Shown here: positions 55,354 to 64,000 of the stretch, piece by piece | How positions within the stretch are numbered: the first letter of the stretch is position 1 | Layout: each line of letters begins with the position of its first letter | From: Octopus vulgaris | Lineage: Eukaryota | Reading direction: 5' to 3' | DNA: 64,000 bases | Assembly: GCA_951406725.2 (NCBI GenBank) | Contig: OX597817.1 | Span: 1,612,001 to 1,676,000, forward strand | Program-made: the position numbers and the translations under genes | The notes under the pieces: generated by a model | The model's database searches: none | Told to the model about the DNA's origin: nothing | Seen by the model: the letters and a program-made list of their open reading frames with translations, nothing else

Positions 55354-56390
55354 GAGATTTTTGAGGTTGACGAAGGTGGCAATGGTGATGGTCGTTGTCA
55401 TCATCAATCCTCCTCCTCCCCCCTCCACCTCCTCGTCATCGTCATCGTCATGAATATAGCGACTGTGTTGACGATAATGATCTTAACACATGCTTCGGTT
55501 TATTTGGGTTTATGTCAGAGCTAAGTTCTCCGATTCCTGCGGTCTTCCTCAAATTATCTAAAAGTTATTTAAAAAAAAAAAAACCAGTATCGTCCTCATC
55601 ATCGTCGTAGTTGTCTTCGCCATCGTCGTCGTAGTTGTCTTCATCATGACCCCCACCAGCTCCGACGCCCATGACAGTTCTTCTCTGATATGATGTGTGT
55701 GCTTTTAAACTCCAAGCGTCTGTACAAGAGGATCTTTCAAACTTAATAACACAGTATTCAGTATTCTAACAAGACACACACGTTAAGTTGAATATAATGT
55801 TTTCCCTTTGATATTAATACTGTTTTCGTCGCTAATTATTTACCATACTTTATGATTTATTCGTTTTTGTATGGTGTTTATATAAGTAATTCAGCCAACA
55901 AGAGTGTTACATGACTTTTAGAGCCGATACATTGTTTTACATGCTAGAACATGTAAAATTTTTCAGTAACCGAATACTTAAGAAAAATAGAAAAAATTAA
56001 CACCAGTAAACATTTTGCCCTTCTTTCAAAATATGTTTTCCTTTTCAATTACAATTACTGTTTTACAAACAATTAAAATGCTTAAACATTTTATATACTA
56101 ACTGTAAACAAGCATATCATATTTTCAATGTTTGGACATTATCGTGTGAAACAAAGATCACAGTGTGAGTAAAGTTTTTTCAGTTAGTTGTTTCCTGAAA
56201 ATATACAATGAAAGAAAGTAAGAAAAGTAACGGAGATTAGCCCAGGAAAGAAAAGGAACACGAAGAGATGGACGAGTTTGATAAAACTCACTTTATAATT
56301 GTTGTTTGCACGACGCATTTCCAAATATTACAACAAAAGTTTACTTCCAAAGTGACGCGTCGGATGGTGAGTCAGACTGTAGTAGTAGTT

Positions 56391-56443
<53 letters not shown>

Positions 56444-56444
56444 T

Positions 56445-56762
56445 CTTTCTGCATTAGGTACAAGGCCTGAATATTTTGTAGGGGAGGAGTCGATTGCATC
56501 GACCCCAATGCACAACTGGTACTTATTTCATCGACCCCGAAAAGACGAAAGGCAAAGTCGACTTCGGTGGAATTTGACCTCAGAATGTAAAGGCAGGCAA
56601 AATGCCACTAAATATTTTGTCTAGCGTGCCAATGATTCTGCAGCTCGCTGCCTTAAAGTAAAGTTGAACTCAGCAGGATTTGAACTCGGAACGCAAAGAT
56701 ACTATATAAATACTGTAACGTATTTTGTTAAATGTTGTAAAGATTCTGCCAATCCACCGGCT
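56445..56762 (-). mobile_element. SINE B plus degenerate head fragment
   Basis: Family B core motif. Confidence 0.75.
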
Positions 56763-56781
56763 TCATAATAATAACAATAAC

Positions 56782-57797
56782 AGGGGTATGATCTACGAAG
56801 GGGTAAGAGAAAACTAAACTACTTGCTATTCATGGACGACCTGAAGCTATTCAGAAAAGCTGGGGCAGAACTGGACCGCCTAGTCCATTCTGTGCGGATT
56901 TTCTCCAATGATATTAAGATGGAGTTTGGACTCTCAAAATGTGCTACGGTGGTGATGAGACGATGAAAGCTATCTATCCACAGCAGAAGCTGCTGGAAAA
57001 ATAGTTGGGATTGGCTGATGGAAGGAACCCTAAAAAAAGAGACCGAGAGCATTATACTGGCAGCAGAGGACTAAGCTTTGGCCACGAACTGGAGGGTCAA
57101 ACTTAGGAATTAGCAAGTGTCTCCGCTGTGCCGCAACTGCAATAGGGTGGATGAATCAATTGCCCATATCATGAAAGAATGCCCTAGATTTGCCCCAAAC
57201 CACTACAAGTTGTGGCGACACGGCCAGGTAGCGAAAGTGGTACAATGGAAACTGTGCGAACAGTAGGGACTAGAGAGAGGCAAGACTTGGTATGAGCACA
57301 GATTGCAGAGAATGGCAGAGTCGGAGACTAGCAAAATCTTCTGGGATTTCCCAATCCAAATAGATCAGGTGCTAGAGCATAGCAGACCGGACCTAACGGT
57401 GGTGGACAAGGTTTACCACATATGCTATATAGTTGATGTTGCATGTCTCTTTGACCTACGTATAATCAAGAAGGAAAACGAAAAGATAGATACATACAAC
57501 CCTTTTTAGTGCGAAATAGCCCGATTATGGAAAATGAAGAAGGTGAAGATTATGCCAATTATTGTTGGGTCTTTGGGAACAGTATCAGGAGACATCAAGA
57601 TGAATATAAAGGAAATTGGAATAGAGTGCTCAGTAGAACTGTTACAAAAGATTTGTCCCCTTGGCACGGCCAGAATAATCAGGAATGTATTAGATAGCTG
57701 GAAAGAACGGATAGCATGATATCGTTGGCTGCAGATAGCAAGCCCGCTACGCGTGGAAGACTCCAGAAGTTCCAAAAAAAGCCTGCGATAAAGAGAA
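56782..57797 (+). mobile_element. Internally deleted R4/Dong-like non-LTR retrotransposon in (TAA)n
   Basis: RT LLFMDDLKLF..MEFGLSKC; CCHC CRNC..ESIAHIMKEC; RH; RLE WDFPIQ..RPDLTVVDK..IVDVAC..EK..Y; PIIVGSLG; TAA repeats on both sides. Confidence 0.9.
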
Positions 57798-58096
57798 ATA
57801 ATAATCTATACTATAACGGAGAAAGCTGCTTATTACTTAAGTATGTAACAATTACTAAAAGTACTAAAAGAAAGCAATTATCAAAGGGTTGATTGTCTGG
57901 AATTATTTTTATAAATTAATGGTTTAAGAAATTTCCTATAATTTCGAGTTCTCAAGCTTCTTGAATATTTTAAACTCCAGTTCCTCGCAAATTTAAATAT
58001 TCATTGCACTTACTGCGGAGTATTCCATTTTCATTTGCAAAGTCTCTCACTTTCTTTTTTAAAACCGATAGTTTATTCTATTAATGTATACGTCAT

Positions 58097-58469
58097 GGAG
58101 GCGCAATGGCCCAGTGGTTAGGGCAGCGGACGTGGGATCGCGATTTCGATTCCCAGATCGGGCGTTATGAGTGTTTATTGAGCGGAAACACCTAAAGCGC
58201 CACGATGCTCCGGCAGGGTTTGTTGGCGTGCCCTGCTATACTCTTTCACCACAACTTTCTCTCACTCTTTCTACCCGTTTCTGTTGTACCTGTATTTCAA
58301 GAGGCCAGTCTTTTCACACACTGTGTCACGCTGAATCTCCCTGAGAACTACTTTAAGGGTACGCGTGTCTGTGGAGTGCTCAGCCACTTGCACGTTAATT
58401 TCACGAGCAGGCTGTTCCGTTGATCGGATGAACTGGAACCCTCCTTGTCGTAACCGACAGAGTGCCACG
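58097..58469 (+). mobile_element. tRNA-derived SINE (family C-like) with 11-bp TSD
   Basis: Head ggaggcgcaatggcccagtggttagg..ttcgattccc; TSD aatgtatacgt at 58083-58093 and 58470-58480. Confidence 0.85.
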
Positions 58470-58721
58470 AATGTATACGTAATTTATTATTTATTGAATG
58501 AAAATGTTTTAAATGCCCGTATAATATTTGAACGCGGGATAGCTGTGAGAAGTGGCCAGCAAGTTAGGTAATTACTGTTAGAAGACGAAGAGGAAAAAAG
58601 TTACCGACAAGTACCCGAAACTTGCACCTTATTCAACAGTGACACACGCACACATACATAGATACACATACACACAAATGAAGGGTAATGAATGTGTGTG
58701 TGTGTGTGCATGTGTGTGTTT

Positions 58722-58820
<99 letters not shown>

Positions 58821-60069
58821 TCACTGACAAGACAAGTGCTGCATTACTTTTGCTTACAAACACCTTCCACGCTGCAATTGTTTTTCTTTCAGCACACGAT
58901 CTCAAATCAATTCATTTGCTATGCAAGTACATCTCCGTAATTTTTTTTAATCACTGTAGATAAATGCCAGCAATGACCTTCTCAAGCTCTTCAATATTTT
59001 AATTTCTAAGCAGAAACAATCGTGATCAGAGAGTGGGGTTGCGAAAGGTTCACAATTTTCCAAATTTTCTTTTTTATAGCATACAAATGTATTTATGGGG
59101 GAAAATATTGAAAAACATATAAACATGCAAGAGTGATAATGAAACGAGGAGGGTTGTCTTTGGATATGCTAGAAACAACAGCTAAATCGCCCTTACATCA
59201 CTCACTTTTCCCTCTGAAAATATTAACAATTAAAAAAGTTTTTTTTTTACCTAAAATGCTTTTCCCGTGGTTTCGAAGTACAAAATAAAAATAAAAAAAA
59301 CAATCAGCCAAAATAGGCCCGGAGTGAGATGATGAGGGAGGGGTGTAAAAAAGATGCCCACTCCCCCATCATTTCGAAGGCTGTGGTTTAAGAAAAAGTG
59401 AGGAAAATCCCTGAAAAAATTTTCCTCACAAATTTCTTTATAATCGTAATCTATGTTTGAAAGTGATTTGTATAAATTTTCATCAACAGATACCCCTCTT
59501 CCTGAAAGTTATGAGGAGAGAAAGTCAGATAGTGTAAATTTTCCAAAACTCTTCTCTCCACCTCCTCGGAAAAATTCTAAATCCCTATATACTCTGAAAC
59601 CACAGCATCTAAGCGGTATTTATAGAAAATTTTATTAAAGAGTATCCATTTTTTCTGGATGTTATGAGGCAACAAAGTCGGGGGCGTATACATCTGTAGT
59701 AATGCCCTTTTATTTACACGATTTTTTCCTTTCATGTGCATTTCATTCATTGTTTGCAATGTTCCCTCTCCCCCACCTCTCTCACGCACACACTGCAAAA
59801 CTTACCGAAGGGATGCTGAATTGAAATCTCTATGCTGCTCTGAGGGGAAAGTAAAACTTGACAAAATGCTTCTCCCTTTGTTGTTGGACTACCGTGATGT
59901 TTGTTTAAAAGAGACAGATTATGACTGATAAAATAATGAAAGCAATACTTACTAAGCAAGTGACGTAAAATATAAAAATTATTAGAATTGGGAATCAAAT
60001 GTGAAAATATTATCAAACTGCTAGCAGAAAACCGCCCGGAGGGTGGTCTTTCTGCTAATATTAATAATA

Positions 60070-60277
60070 ATCCTTTCTACTAAAGTACAAGGCTTGAAAT
60101 TTTGGGAGAGGAGACAAGTCAATTACATCGACACCATTGTTTCATTGGTACTTAATTTATCGACCCCGAAAGGATGAAAGGCAAAGTCGACGTCATCAGA
60201 ATTTGAACCCAGAACGTAGCGTCGGGCGAAATACCGCCAAGCATTTCGTCCAGCTTGCTAACGATTCTGCCAGCTCA
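60070..60277 (-). mobile_element. SINE family B
   Basis: Family B core motif. Confidence 0.85.
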
Positions 60278-60627
60278 ATAATAACCAGTATACGGAGAAT
60301 GTAGAAAAGAAAAAAAGAATGAGAAAGGAAACACGAAAACATTGATTCGAAAGATACTTGTGTTTTTAATGTCATTTCCTTCCTTTATGTTTTTCTTTTT
60401 CTTTTCTAAGCAAACTGAAATTATTCCGCACCCAGTGTGTTAGCTGTGTTTGTTTGCTCAAGAATTATTGATATTAGTTATTCTATGTATGTTTGTTTTA
60501 AGGAGAACATATAAATACACTTACACATACACACATAATTGCACATCTCTTTCTTTCTTCCTTCCTTCCTTTCTTTGTTCCTTTGCTTCTTTGTTTCTTT
60601 CTCTCTTTCTCTTAATAACTCCTTTTC

Positions 60628-60727
<100 letters not shown>

Positions 60728-61149
60728 CGTATTTATGTATGTATGCATGCATTATGCATGTATGTATGCCTGAATGTATGTTTGATTAATTGATTTTTCT
60801 ACAATAAGGACATAATTTCCTTTAATAATCAGCAATCAGCAGCAGTATAGACGTTATAGACATCTCATCAATACTGGCCAACTATTACTAAAAATATTCC
60901 CCGGGAAAAGTAACCTCACCTCACACAATATCGAAAGTAACAGTGATAGCAACAGCCGAGTTGTAATACACCAGTCACAGAAATTACTGTCACCCTCACC
61001 GCCACTGCCGCCGCCACCGCCGCCGACGCCGCCACCGCCGCCGACGCCGCCATCACCACTAGTACTATCATGATCCCCACAAAGGTATAAAATCATAGCT
61101 GATAGTTAAAAGTAAATATACAAATAACAACATTGTGGTATGTGATGGT

Positions 61150-61590
61150 GGTGTTATCCTACCAAAGCAGTCACCGAGACCTTCTGTCCTGGGTTTTGAA
61201 CTTCTTTAGGGAAGAGGTGTGATCTTATTTCTTGGACTGAGCTTTCGTTTCCAGATCATATAGATATGCTCACGTTTCGTCTCTATCACTAGGTCGGAAA
61301 AGACGTGTTTTCATGGTTGAAACGCTTCTAGCAGATGAGAGCGGACTTTCCTTCGAATCGAGTGTCAAACCAAGGTATCCAGTTTGCACTAACTTCTAGG
61401 TACTCAATGTCTTCAATCATCATCTTAAATGTATTGTGACCACAATCTAGTTGTATAGCAAGTTCAAGGATTGTGACTCGTCAGTCGTCGGAGTCAACTC
61501 GTTAACTCATCTGTAATTCGCGTTAGTGGTTGACGTTGGGACGACCAGGAGATGGTTTGTCTTCAACTCTTGTTCCCTTTTTTAGAACTT
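61150..61590 (-). pseudogene. Decayed mariner transposase fragment
   Basis: Minus strand VEDKPSPGRP..RVTILELAIQLDCGH..VSANWIP..QKVSVTA. Confidence 0.65.
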
Positions 61591-61639
61591 CTTTATCCAT
61601 CTATGCATGTTGACTCTTATCAGTAGTGTCATCTCCGTA

Positions 61640-61792
61640 AAGAAGAAGAAGAAGAAGATGAAGAAGAAGAAGGAGGAGGAGGAGGAGGAGGAGGAGGAGT
61701 AGAAGAAGAAGAAGAAGAAGAAGAAGAAGAAGAAGAAGAAGAAGAAGAAGAAGAAGAAGAAGAAGAAGAAGAAGAAGAAGAAGAAGAAGAAG
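61640..61792. repeat. (GAA/GGA)n microsatellite
   Basis: Direct reading. Confidence 0.95.
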
Positions 61793-62245
61793 GCATATTA
61801 TACCGTTTAACCTTTTGGGAAGTTCGCCACATGCAAGGGAACTCTGAAAGAGTATCTGCGGTGGTTTTCCGGGAGCTTTCTTGTACATATTTTAAAGAAT
61901 AACCGGAAATCCATCCGAGTCCGTTGCTGAGTTCGTTGTTTTATCTAATTAATGGCCGATATTATATCTTTTTCCTTTATGTTGATGTAGTCGATGGCCG
62001 CCATTTTGGGGTAAATCCGCAGTTAAAGAATTCTTCAAGTTTACTTATTTGCATATCTCCCCGAGGGAAAAGGAAAACATTTCGGAATTGCTCATTTCAT
62101 AATTCACTTCTCACTGGGTCTGCAGTCAGGGACCATTTTCTTGAAATACTGACCCCTTATCTTGTAGCGCATTGAAGCAGATTCTTTTGAAAATTTATAG
62201 AAGGATTTAGGATTCATTTTTATATTTTCAAATGCCTTGGTTTTC
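61793..62245 (-). mobile_element. CR1-like LINE ORF2 fragment
   Basis: AFENIKMNPKSFYKF and DGFPVIL..KPPQILFQSSLACGELPK (pre-RT region). Confidence 0.7.
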
Positions 62246-62769
62246 CTTTCTTCTTTTTCTTTTTCGCACACACACATACACACATATACACACACATACA
62301 TACACATAAAGTTCATTCACACAAAGCTCATTGGGGGATATAAATATAATAGCACATGAAACCTAACCAATAGTTCTTGGAATTATTACATACTAATGTA
62401 TGACTAATTGTATTCAACTACAATGAAGAAAAATTTAAACTATTTACTTTATTCGTAAATATTAGTCATTATTATATATATGTGTGTGCGTGTGTGTGTA
62501 TATGCATGTATGTATGCATGAATATAGGTATGTATGTATATATAGAAATAAAAATGGAACAAAAACGCAATAGAGGACATTAAATCATTCGGACAGATAG
62601 ACGATTCAAAGGTGGACAAGAGAAACAACAATTTGAAGGACAGGCGAAAAAGGACGGGTCAGAACATGGTATATATGTATGTATATAAGCATGCACACAC
62701 ACATACACACGCACACATGCACACACACGCACTAAGACACAAACTTACGTACTCGCACTCACACACAAA

Positions 62770-62890
62770 TGACGCTCGTTTGTAGTTTCCGCCAACCAAA
62801 TCTCTCTCTCCCAAGGCATTTGACAAATGGAGCCCATGGAAAAGCCATTTCTCCATATGTTGTGCAGTGGGGTTGAACCTGGAACTACAT
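62770..62890 (-). mobile_element. Degenerate SINE A head
   Basis: gtttccgccaaccaaatc..caaggc..gcagtggggttgaacctggaac. Confidence 0.55.
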
Positions 62891-63243
62891 AGATACGATC
62901 AGACTCCTTGCCCTCATCATTTCTTCTATTCTGTACTTCTTGCACTTGCAGGAAAATTAAGAAATCATTATTATCATTATCATCATTAACGATGTAATGA
63001 ATCGTTATGTATTATCATCATTATCTGTTGCCACAATTACCTAGACGTTGCCATAGCGTTTCTGTCACGCTTTTGTTTGCTTGCTTTTTGCAGGTTCTAT
63101 TCTTAGAGACTAAATCAATCACACACAGACAGACATTTGCGCATACGGAAAGACATACACACACTTATGTACGGTGCAGACTGAAGAGACAAACAAAAAA
63201 AAAAAACAAAGCTAAAATAAAAACAAACATTCGCGTCTATATT

Positions 63244-63287
<44 letters not shown>

Positions 63288-63531
63288 GTTAGGTAAATCT
63301 AAATATTAATGTTCTTTCCAAACGGCCATTCATAGAGCCTGTGAACGTACTTACACACACACACATACATACATACACACATACACACACACATATATAT
63401 GGACATATATATGTATCTGTATATGTATGTACATATACATATGTGTATATGTATATATGTGTGTGAGTGAGAGAGTGTATGTACTGTGTGTGTGTGCATG
63501 CGTGCGTGTCTGTGTGAGTGTATGTGTATGC

Positions 63532-63598
<67 letters not shown>

Positions 63599-64000
63599 CT
63601 ATCTGTCTGTCTTTCTATCTATCTGTCTATCTCTGTCTGTCTATCTATTTACAAACATACACACACATACATATATAATTTGTATAAATGTGTGTGTAGT
63701 ATATTTCTGTATATACACACACATATATATATGCATATATATGTATGTATATATTTATCTATTTATGCATTTATATATATGTATGTGCACTTACTATAGA
63801 TACATATATATGTAAATATTTATATACATATATAAGTGTATGTGTGCGTCTGTGTATGTATCTATGTGTGTATGTTTGTATATATATGTGTGTATGTGTG
63901 TGTGTGATTGTATGTATGTTTGTATGTATGTATACACGTATACTCCAGTCCAATGAGAAGCTGTTTTCTACGTCATATGTTTTCTTTCTACCTGAACTGT

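Noticed and set aside
55126-55524. Poly-Asp acidic protein ORF
   Set aside because: A (GAT)n microsatellite open in several frames, with no domain or splice context.

Overview
This is AT-rich animal genomic DNA saturated with microsatellites. I infer a coleoid cephalopod, most likely Octopus, from its tRNA-derived SINE families and the density of (TA)n/(CA)n/(TATG)n repeats. I cannot support any host protein-coding gene; nearly all ORF-track entries are translated microsatellites. Real coding signal comes only from decayed transposons: Tc1 and mariner transposases, CR1 LINEs, two RLE-type (R4/Dong-like) LINEs and three Penelope-like element (PLE) GIY-YIG remnants. There are also a Helitron, MITEs and many SINEs. 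The main unexplained structure is a set of about ten short non-coding islands embedded in (TA)n tracts. Most carry type-I hammerhead ribozyme (HHR) motifs with palindromic stem III, some with very long stem II. They occur as fixed-end ~205-bp units, as a ~530-bp head-to-tail partial dimer, or as 140-420-bp fold-back palindromes. They lie alongside PLE remnants with the same ribozyme type, suggesting a microsatellite-targeted, PLE-mobilised, retrozyme-like system. One island (11.3-11.5 kb) and several hairpins show an A-depletion or G-T mismatch pattern compatible with ADAR A-to-I editing written back into the genome. All alignments, folds and counts were done by eye.
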